Shown here in pieces: positions 30,572-42,023 of a stretch of 64,000 nt of DNA. The stretch spans positions 1 to 64,000 of the forward strand of contig JAWBRA010000007.1 in assembly GCA_038844785.1 (NCBI GenBank), written 5' to 3'. The translations under genes and the position numbers were made by a program. Origin of the DNA: Candidatus Caldarchaeum sp. Lineage in GTDB: Archaea; Thermoproteota; Nitrososphaeria_A; Caldarchaeales; Caldarchaeaceae. The notes beneath the pieces were generated by a model, which saw only the letters and a list, made by a program, of their open reading frames with translations, did no database searches and had not been told where the DNA came from. Numbering within the stretch: position 1 is the stretch's first letter; every line of letters begins with the position of its first letter.

Positions 30572-31897
30572 TTACGCTGCGAAAGCCGACAGCACAGGCC
30601 ACAGAAAGAACCCGAGGGCGTGCAGCAATCCCGTGAAGGTGGCCACCCTTATGTTTGACGCTAAAGCTGGAATCATGAGATAAGCGCTGCCGTATGTTTG
30701 CCGCACTGTTTTGACGGTTTTGTAAGCTATGGGGATTGTGAGCAGCGCTAGGAGAACCGTCGGCGGAGCAAAGCCAAGCAAAACCGACAAAACCACAACG
30801 GCATAGGAGGCTGCCAGCAACAGCTTGTACAGCGAGATAACCTGGCGCTCGTTGAGCCTGGTTATGAGCGTTCTCTTGCCAGCGGCGGCATCATAAGGCG
30901 CGTCCGGTATCTCGTTGACGTAAAGTATAAGCAAAATCAGTACGCCTATTGGGATTGATGCAAGTAGCGCCTGTACGCTGAAGGTTTGAGCTTGAACATA
31001 ATGGCTTCCTAGAACGATGATAGGGCCGAAGCCTATTCCGACAGCTATCTCACCCAGACCCCTGTAAGCCAGCTTGAGAGGCGGAGCGGTGTACGCTACG
31101 CTTATCAAAACGCCCGCCGTCATTATCGAGGCAATAGGGATCAGCCCTCGAAGCACGGCGAGGTAGATGCCTATGGCGATGCCCAGCGCGTAGAACAGCG
31201 TGGCTGTGGAGGCCACTTGTCTCGGCGTCATCAGACCGTAGAGGATTATGCGTGAGCCGCCGCTGAAGGGTGTCGGCGTTATGTTGGCTGTGTCTGCTCC
31301 AAGCTTGGTGTCGAAGTAGTCGTTGGTCATGTTGAGCCCCAAATGTATTAAGCTAGCTCCCACCAAGGTTAGCAGAAACAAAAGCGGGTCGAAGAAGCCT
31401 AGGTATGTGGCTGAGCCGACGCCTATCAGGACGGGAGCCACGGTCGCGGTCAGGAACGGAAACCTAGTTGCTCTGAAGAGAAGCTGCCACATCGGAAGAC
31501 GTGGCTTAACCGGCCTTCCAACACTGCTGCTCAACTCCGTCAAATACGCACGTGCCTGCGGAACCCTCTCCTCGCAATACTGGAAGAAGGGCTTTTTCTT
31601 CTCATCCCATCCGTAGAGTTTCTGAGGCTTGAAAAAGACCTGGTTGTCTTTCTGCTCCGCCACCCCCCTCATCATTACATACCGTCTGTCAGTGTAGCCT
31701 CCTGTCGGTATCGGCGTTATGTGGTTGAACAATATGGTTAGCCTTTTCGGAGCTTTCAGATAGCTAGGCCATTCAACTATGTATCCGTCTCCAGAGGGGC
31801 TAACTTTTGTTGAAAGGCTCAGCGGGTAGCCGTCGTCGTCGAGGTAGGAGACGACCGTGTCGCTGAACTGCTCAACTTGGACGCTCAACCTCTCCAC
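30572..31897 (-). CDS. MenA/UbiA-family prenyltransferase with ~135-aa N-terminal soluble extension
   Basis: ATRFPFL, NDYFD..LGAD, FSGGSR, YTAPPLKLAYRGLGE, NEIPD..D...GKRTL. Confidence 0.85.
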   Translation of the reverse strand: MERLSVQVEQFSDTVVSYLDDDGYPLSLSTKVSPSGDGYIVEWPSYLKAPKRLTILFNHITPIPTGGYTDRRYVMMRGVAEQKDNQVFFKPQKLYGWDEKKKPFFQYCEERVPQARAYLTELSSSVGRPVKPRLPMWQLLFRATRFPFLTATVAPVLIGVGSATYLGFFDPLLFLLTLVGASLIHLGLNMTNDYFDTKLGADTANITPTPFSGGSRIILYGLMTPRQVASTATLFYALGIAIGIYLAVLRGLIPIASIMTAGVLISVAYTAPPLKLAYRGLGEIAVGIGFGPIIVLGSHYVQAQTFSVQALLASIPIGVLILLILYVNEIPDAPYDAAAGKRTLITRLNERQVISLYKLLLAASYAVVVLSVLLGFAPPTVLLALLTIPIAYKTVKTVRQTYGSAYLMIPALASNIRVATFTGLLHALGFFLWPVLSAFAA

Positions 31898-32358
31898 CTC
31901 CTCGGCTCGCTACGAACATCACCTTCATCCCAGACGAGTATCTCACGGGGCGTTATCTCGATGACTATCCTCTCCCAGAAAAGCGGGAGGGCAATCCTCT
32001 GTTTGATGAAAGCCTCGATGTATGGCTCTTTTTTCCGCCATAGGTCGACCAGCCACTGCCAGCCTTCATGCAGGTTATCCTCATACACTTTCGCATCCCC
32101 TTTGACGTGAACGACAGCGTATGAAGGTGTTTTGATGAACTGTCTGCCGCTGAACAGGACTCCAACTTTAGGGCTTTTCTTCATGTATTCGACTTTTTTG
32201 CTGAACAGCACGCTCGAAGTCATGTACAGTTTTTTTCTCTCCCTGCTGTAGAGGGGTAGCATAGGATGTGTGGAGACCTGGCCCGACGGCGTAACAACGC
32301 TTAATGCGGCCACCAGCGAGTTCTCCATGACGTTTTCCGCCGTTTCTAAGGGGTCCAT
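31885..32358 (-). CDS. Pyridoxamine-5'-phosphate oxidase-like split-barrel (FMN/F420-binding) protein
   Basis: LSVVTPSG, KKVEYMKKSPKVGVLF, VHVKGDA, IEITP. Confidence 0.75.
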   Translation of the reverse strand: MDPLETAENVMENSLVAALSVVTPSGQVSTHPMLPLYSRERKKLYMTSSVLFSKKVEYMKKSPKVGVLFSGRQFIKTPSYAVVHVKGDAKVYEDNLHEGWQWLVDLWRKKEPYIEAFIKQRIALPLFWERIVIEITPREILVWDEGDVRSEPRRWRG

Positions 32359-32419
32359 CGACGCGGTGTTGTAACGCTCATATTTTAATTTTAACCACGG
32401 ACAAGTGGTTAATTAAACC

Positions 32420-33543
32420 GCAGCCGGAAAACAACCAAAAAGAGACCAAAGAAACCAAACCCACGCCAACCCATGCAAAGCCGTATCCAAACAGTTCAAC
32501 ACACACCGCGGAAAAGTATGGAAGAGCAGAAGCACCTAAAAGATGGACACCGTTGATCAGGGCAACTGTAAGGGATATCTGGCTTCACTCACTCTGCCCA
32601 TCGGCAGCAGATAGTAGATGGTGTGCGCGGAGGTGGTTAGGAAGCCTAGCGTCAACATGGCTGGTACGGCTACGTGGATGGAAGGCGTAGTGAGGGTGAC
32701 TAGGCCTACGGTTATTCCGCCGCTGACCACGGGAAACAGCCCCATCTTCGATGAAATAGTGTCGTATATCCTTCCTGAAACGGGTGCTCCTATTATGCTT
32801 CCCACACTCAGCAGCGAAACCAGCGTTCCGGCTGTCTCGAGTCTGAGGTTAGTTTGAGAGGTTATGTAAAGTATGCCTAACTGTGTCAACGGATACCACG
32901 CGCAGCCCGAAACGGTAAGGCCGAACGCCGCGAGCCAGACATCCCTATTGCGTGAAACAAGATTGATGGCTTCGCTTTTTTGTTCGCTGGAAACCCGCGT
33001 GCTATTGAATATGTGATGGCTGCCAGCAAAATGCCTAACATTCCCGGCACGCGCAGCCCTAGACGCCAGCCGAGGTTATCCGGTAAGGCCGTGCGCCGAG
33101 AGATATCAAAGTGCCTACATGGAACCATGAGTTGTATATTCCGAGAGCCACCCTCTTTCCCTAACGTTGAAGAATGGTGTGGAAAAAGCTATCTCTGGTC
33201 TGAAGAAAAAGCTCATAAAAACTCCGGCGAGGAACCTAAACAGAAGCAAGGTTGGGAATGATGTTGTGAGGCCACACAAACCTGCAAAAAGTGAAGAGAG
33301 GGCTAGTCCCGCCAAAGCTATCTTTCTCGGGCCATATTTTGCTGCTAGAAGCCCAGCAGGTATCTGAAAAGCTCCAATTCCTACGAGGAAGGCCGCTCCG
33401 AGCAAGCCTAACGAGGTGACGGTTACACCCAGCTCCTCAGCTATGAACGGCTGGGCGGATGATATGGTGAGCCAGTTTAACGTATACACTATTCTGTCGA
33501 CAAAAAGCCAGCCTAGTAGAAGCCATTTGGACCTGCTTTCAAG
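32420..33543 (-). pseudogene. MFS transporter pseudogene (multiple frameshifts)
   Basis: Fragments 33115-33489 (QIPAGLLAAKYGPRK, LLFRFLAG), 32886-33128 (GWR) and 32557-32889 (GAPVSGRIYD) in different frames; ends approximate. Confidence 0.8.
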
Positions 33544-33549
33544 AATGTA

Positions 33550-34947
33550 CTAGCCCACCCGCCTGCGGTAATGCTTTCTGATATGTTCTTCCTTTATTTT
33601 CGTCAACTCAGCCTCAGGAAGTGTTGAGAGTATATCCCAAGCTATTTCCAGCGTCTGTTCTAACGTCCGGTTTTCCGTGTAAAGCTGTTTTACGAACCTT
33701 TGTTCGAAAAGGTCGCCGAACTCGAGATACTTGAGGTCGGTCTCCGACAGCCCTGCCGTTCCAACAATTTCAGCGAGTGAACGGAGCTGCACAGCCCTGG
33801 CGTACGCTGCGTACAACTGGTTGCTGACGTCTCCATGGTCTGCCCTCGTCCTCTTCTGCGAAATTATTCCAGGACCCATCAGCCGGCTGAGGCTCATCAA
33901 AACGTTGATAGGCGGGTAGATACCTTTTCTATAAAGGTCGCGTGAAAGAACTATCTGCCCCTCTGTGATATATCCTGTCAGGTCTGGGATCGGGTGGGTT
34001 ATGTCGTCGCTTGGCATGCTGAGGATGGGCATTTGCGTCAAGCTTCCCTTCAGACCTTTAATCCTTCCAGCCCTCTCATATATCGACGCCAAATCTGTGT
34101 ACATGTATCCTGGATAGCCCTTCCTGCCTGGAACCTCTTCACGTGCCGCGCTGACTTCACGGAGGGCTTCGGCGTAGTTTGTTATGTCGGTTATGATGAC
34201 GAGGACGTGATAGCCCTGTCTGAATGCGAGGTATTCCGCGAGGGTTAGGGCTATTCGTGGTGTGACTATTCTTTCGATGGCGGGGTCGTCGGCGAGGTTT
34301 AGGAACAGCGTGCTCCTGCTTATTGCCCCGCTCTCCTCAAGGCTTCGTCTGAAGAACCGTGCCTCGTCGTTTTGAACACCTACAGCGGCGAATATGACGG
34401 CGAACTCCTCCTCTTTTCCCGGGACCGTGGCCTGCCTCGCAATCTGGGCGGCCAGCATGTTATGGGTCAGCCCCGCGCCCGAGAAGATAGGCAGCTTCTG
34501 ACCTCTCACGAGGCTGTTCATACCGTCTATAGCCGATATACCGGTCTGGATAAAGTCAGACGGATACTCGCGGCGCTCTGGATTTATCGGCTCGCCGTTG
34601 ATGTCCAGCGTTTCCTCGGCGATAGGCTCAGGCAGGCCGTCTAAGGGTCTTCCAAGGCCGTCGAAGATTCTTCCAAGCATCTCTGTAGAAACAGGCACCT
34701 CCAAAGTCTTTCCCAAGAAACGAGCCTTCGTCCCCTCTATCGAAAGCCCCTGAGTTCCCTCGAAAACTTGAACTACAGCTCTTCCCTCCCCCACCTCGAT
34801 AACCCTTCCAAGCCTCCGGTCTCCATCGGCTGTCTCGACTTCCACGAGCTCGTCATACGCAACCCCCGAGACACCGCCGACTATCATCAACGGTCCTTTA
34901 ATCTCCTGGATGGAGAGATATTCCAGCCCCACCCTCTGCGTTGTCAA
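33550..34947 (-). CDS. atpB: A-type ATP synthase subunit B
   Basis: [50 protein letters not shown]. Confidence 0.98.
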   Translation of the reverse strand: MTTQRVGLEYLSIQEIKGPLMIVGGVSGVAYDELVEVETADGDRRLGRVIEVGEGRAVVQVFEGTQGLSIEGTKARFLGKTLEVPVSTEMLGRIFDGLGRPLDGLPEPIAEETLDINGEPINPERREYPSDFIQTGISAIDGMNSLVRGQKLPIFSGAGLTHNMLAAQIARQATVPGKEEEFAVIFAAVGVQNDEARFFRRSLEESGAISRSTLFLNLADDPAIERIVTPRIALTLAEYLAFRQGYHVLVIITDITNYAEALREVSAAREEVPGRKGYPGYMYTDLASIYERAGRIKGLKGSLTQMPILSMPSDDITHPIPDLTGYITEGQIVLSRDLYRKGIYPPINVLMSLSRLMGPGIISQKRTRADHGDVSNQLYAAYARAVQLRSLAEIVGTAGLSETDLKYLEFGDLFEQRFVKQLYTENRTLEQTLEIAWDILSTLPEAELTKIKEEHIRKHYRRRVG

Positions 34948-36734
34948 GCTGCTCTCGCCTCAGCCTTTACAAGCATAAGTTTTTCAAAACTTTCATCCAA
35001 GGCTTTGTCAAGCTGGTCAACAAGCTCAAGCCTGTCATTCGGCACCTCGTACTTTGCTCGAATGAGCTTGGGTATGATGGGCATGGCTCTCAGCTCTTTC
35101 AACGGAATTCCTCTCCTGAGCGCCTCTTCTGCTAGACGGTGGAATTTGACGAAAAGGCGTAGGAGCTTGTATTGTTTAAGCGGGGGACAGTAGGAGTCGA
35201 CCTCGTCGTATGCGCTTTGCTGTAGAAATCCCTCCCTTATCATTCGGGCGACGTCGAGTATGAGCTTTTCCTCGTCGGGTAAAGCCTCCGGCCCCAGAAG
35301 CCTGACAATCTCCAGCAAGTCCGCCTCCCTCTGCAAAAGCCTGTACGCCTGCTGCCTAACCTCATACCAGTCGGCTGAAACATTCTCAACCCACCACTTC
35401 CTCACCGTGTCAACGTAGGCTGAGTATGATGTAATCCAGTTGATGGCTGGATAGTGCCGTGAGTAAGCGAGGTTTGCATCGAGGGCCCAGAAGGTTCTGA
35501 TAAAGCGCATGGTGTGTGTTGTGACCGGCTCAGTGAAGTCGCCTCCAGGCGGGCTTACAGCACCAACCAACGAGACGCTTCCAACTCTCTCGGGCTTTCC
35601 AAGCGTTACGACTCTGCCGGCTCTCTCGTAGAATTCGGCCAGCCTGCTCGCGAGATAGCTTGGATATCCTTCTTCTGCGGGCATCTCCTCAAGCCTGCCG
35701 CTTATCTCCCTCAAAGCCTCAGCCCACCTGCTCGTCGAGTCAGCCACCAGCAGAACATCGTAACCCATGTCCCTGAAGAACTCCGCCATCGTCACACCAG
35801 TGTATATGCTGGCCTCCCGCGCGGCCACGGGCATGTTGCTTGTGTTGGCTATCAGAACTGTTCTCTCCATCAAAGGCCTGCCTGTGGTAGGGTCTTTAAG
35901 GTGCGGGAACTCGGTCAAAACCTCCGATTCCTCGTTCCCTCTCTCGCCACAGCCCACGTGAAAGATTATTTTTGTATCACTCCATTTAGCGAGCTGGTGA
36001 AGGGTTACTGTTTTCCCGGTCCCGAAAGCACCGGGAATACATGCTGTCCCACCTTTTGAAAGCGGGAAGAAAGTGTCAAGAACCCTCTGACCCGTAATAG
36101 TCGGAACCTCCGGATCAAGCCTGTGCTTGAAAGGCCTAGATCGACGGACAGGCCATCTATGATAAAGTCTAACCGTTTTCCTGCCGTCTTTCGTTTCGAC
36201 TTCAGCGACAACGTCTTCGACGGTGTACTCCGTTTCAGGCGCAATGTATGTTAATCTGCCTGTTTTCATGTCGGGCGGTATCATAATCTTTGAAGTGACC
36301 AAGGGTGTTTCAGGTACTTCTCCGATTATGTCGCCGGGTCCAACTTCGTCGCCTGTCTTTAGCAGGGGGGTGAACCTCCATTTCTTGTCTATGGGGAGAG
36401 GGTCTGCCTTTATTCCACGTTTCACGAAACCGCCTGCAACCCTGCCTATTACGTCAAGCGGTCTCTGTACCCCGTCATAGATGCTTCCTAGCATTCCTGG
36501 ACCGAGCGAAACCGACAAAGGTGTTCCAGTAGCTTCGACAGGCTCTCCAGGCCTAAGGCCGCTGGTGTTTTCATAAACTTGTATGAACGCAACATCGCCA
36601 GTCAGCTTTATTATCTCGCCGATCAACCTCTGCCCCCCAACGTAAACCGTCTCATACATTTTCGCACCCATCATTCCGTCTGCTTTGACAGCTGGCCCAG
36701 CAACCCAGATAACCCTGCCCCTCCTAGCCGCCAT
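34944..36734 (-). CDS. atpA: A-type ATP synthase subunit A
   Basis: [42 protein letters not shown]; likely start ATG 36734; no intein. Confidence 0.98.
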   Translation of the reverse strand: MAARRGRVIWVAGPAVKADGMMGAKMYETVYVGGQRLIGEIIKLTGDVAFIQVYENTSGLRPGEPVEATGTPLSVSLGPGMLGSIYDGVQRPLDVIGRVAGGFVKRGIKADPLPIDKKWRFTPLLKTGDEVGPGDIIGEVPETPLVTSKIMIPPDMKTGRLTYIAPETEYTVEDVVAEVETKDGRKTVRLYHRWPVRRSRPFKHRLDPEVPTITGQRVLDTFFPLSKGGTACIPGAFGTGKTVTLHQLAKWSDTKIIFHVGCGERGNEESEVLTEFPHLKDPTTGRPLMERTVLIANTSNMPVAAREASIYTGVTMAEFFRDMGYDVLLVADSTSRWAEALREISGRLEEMPAEEGYPSYLASRLAEFYERAGRVVTLGKPERVGSVSLVGAVSPPGGDFTEPVTTHTMRFIRTFWALDANLAYSRHYPAINWITSYSAYVDTVRKWWVENVSADWYEVRQQAYRLLQREADLLEIVRLLGPEALPDEEKLILDVARMIREGFLQQSAYDEVDSYCPPLKQYKLLRLFVKFHRLAEEALRRGIPLKELRAMPIIPKLIRAKYEVPNDRLELVDQLDKALDESFEKLMLVKAEARAA

Positions 36735-36885
36735 CTTGCTTACATGCTCTTTGACTATGTATTTAAACCCTAACACAAGATGTAACAACGGCGCAGAAAG
36801 CTTTTCACGAAAGAGTTCGCTTAGGAATTGCTCTATACGTTAAATAGGTTCGACATTTGGGATACTCTTACAGCGGTGACTACGT

Positions 36886-37848
36886 TTGACACATGCTGTT
36901 GAGACCATAAGTTTAACAAGGATGTTTAGAAACCGGGGGTCTATAGTAAAGGCTTTGGACGACGTCAGCCTGAAGGTGGAAAAGGGTGAGATATTCGGGC
37001 TTCTGGGACCTAACGGTGCTGGTAAAACGACGTTTGTAAAAATCTTAACAACCCTTCTTCTTCCGACGGCGGGGAAAGCCTACGTCCTTGGCTATGATGT
37101 GGAGTCTGAGGCGGGTAAGATAAGGCCTTTGATAAACCTTGTCTCAGGCGGTGACACGCCGGGTTATGGTCTTATCACGGTTAGGGAAAACCTTTGGTTC
37201 TATTCAATGCTTTACGGCTTGGACGGCGCCACGGCACGTGAAAGGATAAAAACCTTACTTGAGGATGTTTGGCTGGTCGAGGTGGCTGACGAGCTTCTGA
37301 GAAACCTCTCCACCGGTTTCAGGCAGAGGTTCAACCTTGCACGCGGGCTTGTGAACAACCCGCAAGTGCTGTTTTTAGACGAGCCTACCATCGGTCTTGA
37401 CGCAGTTTCTGCAAGAAAGGTAAGACGTTTGATAAAGTCTTGGGTAAGAGAGGACGGCGGCAGGACCGTAATCCTAACCTCACACTATATGGCTGAGGTT
37501 GAGGAGCTGTGCGACAGGGTTGCAATCTTGAACTATGGAAGGGTGCTTGCGTTAGGCACCCCTGAGGAGCTGAAAAAGTCGGTAAGCGGGAGAGCTGTGG
37601 TCGTAATAGACGCTAAACTTCCTGAAGGAGCCGAACAGGTTTTGCAGGGCTTGGAAGGATATTATGAATCCTACGACCCTGCATCAGGAATCCACAGGCT
37701 GAGAGTGGTTCTGGATGATTGGTCGGAAACAGCCAACATCGTCGAAAGAATCACGGTGAAAGGAGGAAAGGTTCTCGCCGTAACCAAATCCACTCCCTCT
37801 TTCGAGGATGTTTACATCAAGCTGGTGGGCGGCGGTGAGTCTGGCTAA
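36886..37848 (+). CDS. ABC-2 exporter ATPase (DrrA-like)
   Basis: GPNGAGKTT, LSTG, LFLDEPTIGLD, TSHYM. Confidence 0.9.
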   Translation: MTHAVETISLTRMFRNRGSIVKALDDVSLKVEKGEIFGLLGPNGAGKTTFVKILTTLLLPTAGKAYVLGYDVESEAGKIRPLINLVSGGDTPGYGLITVRENLWFYSMLYGLDGATARERIKTLLEDVWLVEVADELLRNLSTGFRQRFNLARGLVNNPQVLFLDEPTIGLDAVSARKVRRLIKSWVREDGGRTVILTSHYMAEVEELCDRVAILNYGRVLALGTPEELKKSVSGRAVVVIDAKLPEGAEQVLQGLEGYYESYDPASGIHRLRVVLDDWSETANIVERITVKGGKVLAVTKSTPSFEDVYIKLVGGGESG

Positions 37849-38659
37849 AGCTTTGAAAGCAAACCTAAGGTCTATTTACGCAAGAACATACGTCAGAGTA
37901 AAGAGCCAGTATAGAGAACCTGGATGGCTCATAAGCGATGTGTTGATACCCGTGATGATAGTCTTCGCCGCAGCAGCCCTTTACCGGGTCTCAGGAAGTG
38001 AGCAGATAGCTGGGTTTGCTGTCGTCGGCGGTGCGATGATGGCTTTCTGGGACAACGTGTTATGGCTTATGGCTAGCCAGTTCTACTGGGAAAAAGAATC
38101 AGGGAACCTCGACCTCTACATCATAGCGCCCATCTCAAAGATGTCTATACTTCTGGGGATGTCTCTCGGCTCAATAGCCAACACTTCAATACGTGCGGCG
38201 TTAATATTTCTTGTCGCAGCATTCGTTTTAAAGGTAAAGATCAGCCTGGCGGACCCAGCTGCCCTAGCCCTTGTCTTTGTTCTAACTCTTACAGCGCTCT
38301 ACGGCCTTGGCATGTTGATGTCGTCACTTTACATGCTTTATGGCCGGGGTGCGTTAAACCTTAACGAAGTGCTCATGGAGCCAGTGTACCTGCTGTCAGG
38401 GCTTTATTTCCCAACAGTAGGGCGTTACTCGCCTTTTCCAGCGGTCATACAGTTTCTGGCCTCCCTTATACCTTTGACTTTCGGAATTGACGGCCTGAGA
38501 AGAACAATCATACTGGGCGAGACTCTCAGGGACGTGTTTTATCACCTCATAGTGCTGGCTGTGTTGACGGCTGTCCTTATCCCTATGGCTTGGAAAACGC
38601 TCCACTACATGGAGAACTTGGGCAGGAGAGAGGGAAGGCTGAGCCTGCGATGGATGTGA
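37835..38659 (+). CDS. ABC-2 exporter permease
   Basis: ~6 TM segments, EKESGNL, LLSGLYFP, PLTFGIDGLR. Confidence 0.85.
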   Translation: MSLAKALKANLRSIYARTYVRVKSQYREPGWLISDVLIPVMIVFAAAALYRVSGSEQIAGFAVVGGAMMAFWDNVLWLMASQFYWEKESGNLDLYIIAPISKMSILLGMSLGSIANTSIRAALIFLVAAFVLKVKISLADPAALALVFVLTLTALYGLGMLMSSLYMLYGRGALNLNEVLMEPVYLLSGLYFPTVGRYSPFPAVIQFLASLIPLTFGIDGLRRTIILGETLRDVFYHLIVLAVLTAVLIPMAWKTLHYMENLGRREGRLSLRWM

Positions 38660-39489
38660 AAAACTATCTGAGGACTGTTTATGCTTCGGCATGGGTTGGA
38701 TGGCAGGTGGACAGTAACTGGACTGAGCCGTTAATATTCATAGGGTTGCAGGTTATAAGACCGCTGGCGTCAACCCTTCTTTTCCCACTGCTGTACGTTG
38801 TTGGAATGAGCTTTGTAGGCGGCATAGTGGACGTAAGCTATCTAACATACATTGTAACAGGTACTGTCTTTTTCATCCCATACATCTCCACCGCAGAGAC
38901 CGCTGGACAGATAATCTCGCAAGACCGTGAAAGATACGGCGTCCTAAAAAGCATCTATATAACAAAATCATCTCTCCAGCCCTACTTGCTGGGTAGGTTT
39001 GCAGCAGTCATGTATACTGCGCTGTTCTCCACAACCTCTTCATTCGTAGTAACCTATGCAACCTTCACGTATATCTTCGATCTTCCTTTAACGATTTCTT
39101 TGACCAGCTTTTCCCAAATGGCCGGCGCAATTCTCTCGCTGTTAATTGGTTCCGCGGCCTTGTTCTACCTACTTCCCAGCGTGAATCTTTTCACCAACAA
39201 GCTACACTGGAGCCTTGCGTACTATGTCTTAGGAGTTCTGTATCTCACCGGCGACATTCTTTTCCCAGCGTCCTCCCTTTCGCCTTACGCCGCACCGCTG
39301 TCATATGTTCTGCCGGTTAACCAGGCTTTGAACACGATGCGTGCGGCGTTGGGCTTGGCTGTAGACTCCAATGTTTACATGGCGTTGATGACGTCGGCTG
39401 GCTGGCTCGCCGCTTCAGCAGCGGTTTTCAGCTTTTCCGTCAAACAGGCGAGGAAAAAAGGTCTTCTCGACAAGATAGGCTGGTGGTGA
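38650..39489 (+). CDS. ABC-2 exporter permease
   Basis: Multiple TM segments, DRERYGVLK, LTGDILFP, operonic with ATPase. Confidence 0.82.
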   Translation: MDVKNYLRTVYASAWVGWQVDSNWTEPLIFIGLQVIRPLASTLLFPLLYVVGMSFVGGIVDVSYLTYIVTGTVFFIPYISTAETAGQIISQDRERYGVLKSIYITKSSLQPYLLGRFAAVMYTALFSTTSSFVVTYATFTYIFDLPLTISLTSFSQMAGAILSLLIGSAALFYLLPSVNLFTNKLHWSLAYYVLGVLYLTGDILFPASSLSPYAAPLSYVLPVNQALNTMRAALGLAVDSNVYMALMTSAGWLAASAAVFSFSVKQARKKGLLDKIGWW

Positions 39490-39528
39490 AGAGCAAACTT
39501 TTTCAACAGATGTAGCGCGGGTGGTGCT

Positions 39529-40548
39529 GTGAAAGCTGTGTTTGTGAAGGAAGGAGGAGGCGTCGTAGTTAAAGAAACTGATGTACCATCGGTCCATGAC
39601 GGTGAAATCCTCGTGAAAATGAAGGTATGCGGGATAGATGGAACCGACCTTGAGAAAGCTTTCGGAAGGCCTTTAACCCCCCCGATGCTAGGCCATGAGG
39701 TTGTAGGAGTTGTTGAGGAATCTAAGTCAGAGGAGTTTGAAAGAGGCGACCGTGTGTTTGTACATCATCATGTCTCGTGTGGCAGGTGTTACTTCTGCCT
39801 CAACGGCTCGTTGACTATGTGTCCTCTCTTTCTTAAAACAACCATAGAGCCATGCGGTTTCGCGGAGTTCTTTAAGGTTCCGAAGACAAACGTCGAGAGA
39901 GGTGCTGTTCTCAAGCTACCGTCTGACCTAGACTGGGTTGAAGCCTCTTTCATAGAGCCTGTGGCATGTGTTTTGAGAGCTTTGAAGAGGTCGGGCTTTT
40001 CCGCTGGCAGGGCTGTTTCGATAGTCGGTGCAGGTCCCACAGGCTCGCTTTTCATACAGCTGCTCAAGATGTTCGCAGCCTCATCCGTGGTTGTGGCTGA
40101 GGTTTCGCCCCTCCGACTCGAGTATGCTAAAATGCTTGGAGCAGACTTGGCCGTCAACCCTTTGCAGGAGAATTTTGTGGAGGCCTGCAGAGAGAAAACC
40201 TGTGGGCGAGGCGTTGACATAGGTGTTCTCGCCACACCTTCAGTCAAGCCTCTTCAGCTTGTTGTTGAAAGCGTTAGACGAGGAGGCGTAGTATGCATCT
40301 TCGGAGCCCCCGAGAGAGGTGAAAAAGCCGAGATAGATTTTTCAAGCCTGTTCATCGACGAGAAAAGCATAATCACCAGCTATTCAACAAGCGAGATTGA
40401 GACAAACACGGCTTTGGAGCTGATGAAAACAAGCAAGACTTCTTTTAAGAAATCTGTGACGCATGTCTTCAGGCTTGAAGACGCGGAGAAAGCTTTTGAA
40501 ATCGCGAGGGATGCTTCAAAGAGTTTGAAGGTTGTGTTAACGTCCTAG
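39529..40548 (+). CDS. Zn-dependent alcohol/threonine-type dehydrogenase (MDR)
   Basis: CGIDGTD, GHE, CGRCYFC..C, GAGPTG. Confidence 0.9.
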   Translation: MKAVFVKEGGGVVVKETDVPSVHDGEILVKMKVCGIDGTDLEKAFGRPLTPPMLGHEVVGVVEESKSEEFERGDRVFVHHHVSCGRCYFCLNGSLTMCPLFLKTTIEPCGFAEFFKVPKTNVERGAVLKLPSDLDWVEASFIEPVACVLRALKRSGFSAGRAVSIVGAGPTGSLFIQLLKMFAASSVVVAEVSPLRLEYAKMLGADLAVNPLQENFVEACREKTCGRGVDIGVLATPSVKPLQLVVESVRRGGVVCIFGAPERGEKAEIDFSSLFIDEKSIITSYSTSEIETNTALELMKTSKTSFKKSVTHVFRLEDAEKAFEIARDASKSLKVVLTS

Positions 40549-41582
40549 TATGTGATTGCCACTTTAATCTCTTTTCCCTGCTTCAAAGCGTCGAAGACCA
40601 TGACTATGTCTTTTAACTCAGCCCTTCCGGTTATAAGGCGTTTGAGAGGAAGCCTTTTCGAACCTATAAGCCTTAGCGTGGTGAAAACGTCTTGGGGTGT
40701 GTGGTGAAAAGAGCCCTGAACCCTGACCTCGCCGTAGTGAATCGTGTACGTGTCAGCTGAAAACTTCGTGCCTTTCGGCGGGCCTCCGAAGAGAAGTATC
40801 GACCCACCTTTCCTCACAAGTTTCTGGGTAAGCTCCCATGTTTCTGGAAGTCCGACAGCCTCTACTACCACGTCAGCACCTATTCCATCCGTTTCCTGAA
40901 AAACCCTTGAAGAAACGTTTTCCTCCGAGCTGTTCACAACAACGTCGGCTCCAAGGTTTTCCGCGAACTTCAGCCTGTTCCAGTTAACGTCTAAAACGAT
41001 TACTTTTCCAGCCCCGGCGTTTTTCGCCAAAAGCATGTGCATCAGCCCTATCGGCCCTGCTCCGACTATCACGACTCTGTCGCCGCGCTCGATGTGGATG
41101 AGCCTCTGTCCTCTCACAACACATGCCAAAGGCTCAAGCAAAGCAGCTTCTTCAGGCTCTACGCCGTCGGGTAGATGGTATAGGTTGAAGGCGACTATCC
41201 GTGGCGGAAGCTTGACGTATTCCGCGTATGCGCCGTTAACTGTGAACCCGATAATTGTTTCGTCAAGGTTTTCGCATAGGTTGAACCTGCCCAGCTTGCA
41301 GTAGGCGCACATGCCGCATGGAGCTGAGTTGGCGGCCACAACTCTGTCTCCCTTCTTGACCCAGTGAACATCGTCGCCCACCTCTTCAACTATTCCCGCG
41401 AACTCATGCCCCATTATCATCGGCGGCCTAGCATATGGATGGCCTCTTAGATACATCTTCAAATCGGTTCCGCAGGTCAGCGTCACCAAGTTTCGCACAA
41501 CAACCTCGCCACGTCCAGCCTTGGGCTTGTCAACATCCTCAACCCTAACATCTCCCGGACCATAGTAAACAGCGGCCTTCAA
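40545..41582 (-). CDS. Zn-dependent alcohol/sorbitol-type dehydrogenase (MDR)
   Basis: TCGTD, GHEFAG, CGMCAYC..C, GAGPIG. Confidence 0.9.
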   Translation of the reverse strand: MKAAVYYGPGDVRVEDVDKPKAGRGEVVVRNLVTLTCGTDLKMYLRGHPYARPPMIMGHEFAGIVEEVGDDVHWVKKGDRVVAANSAPCGMCAYCKLGRFNLCENLDETIIGFTVNGAYAEYVKLPPRIVAFNLYHLPDGVEPEEAALLEPLACVVRGQRLIHIERGDRVVIVGAGPIGLMHMLLAKNAGAGKVIVLDVNWNRLKFAENLGADVVVNSSEENVSSRVFQETDGIGADVVVEAVGLPETWELTQKLVRKGGSILLFGGPPKGTKFSADTYTIHYGEVRVQGSFHHTPQDVFTTLRLIGSKRLPLKRLITGRAELKDIVMVFDALKQGKEIKVAITY

Positions 41583-41642
41583 ACAACAACACCTATGAAA
41601 AACGAAAACATTCTCTAATAATCTTTATCTTAGGAAAAATGT

Positions 41643-41681
41643 CGGGCCAAGCCCTTTCCGCCTCCCCCACCAAACCCAGGC
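41643..41681 (-). other. 3' arm of pre-16S processing stem (BHB)
   Basis: GGGGAG-GCGG-AAA-GGGCTTGGCCCG pairs with upstream CGGGCCAAGCCC-TCGC-AAA-CTCCTC. Confidence 0.85.
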
Positions 41682-42023
41682 TTGGGAAGTACGGTATTCT
41701 GGAGGTGATCCGGCCACACGTTCCCGTGCGGCCACCTTGTTACGACTTCTGCCTCCTCACCAGAACCGGGCTCGAACCAGCCAACTAGACTGGCCCTCGC
41801 CCAGTCCCAGCTCGGATGCAGCGACGGGCAGTGTGTGCAAGGAGCGGGGACGTATTCACCGCCCGGTGGTAACGGGCGGTTACTAGGGATTCCGCGTTCA
41901 CGAGGGCGAGTTGCAACCCTCGATCCCTACTGAGGTGGGGTTTAGGGATTGGCTTCCCCTTTCGGGGTTGCATCCCACTGTCCCCACCATTGAACGTCGC
42001 GTGCGGCCCGGGGGATTCGGGGC

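Noticed and set aside
1956-40247. Many antisense or alternative-frame ORFs inside recognised genes (e.g. 13845-14537, 35514-36059)
   Set aside because: Shadow ORFs of well-supported genes
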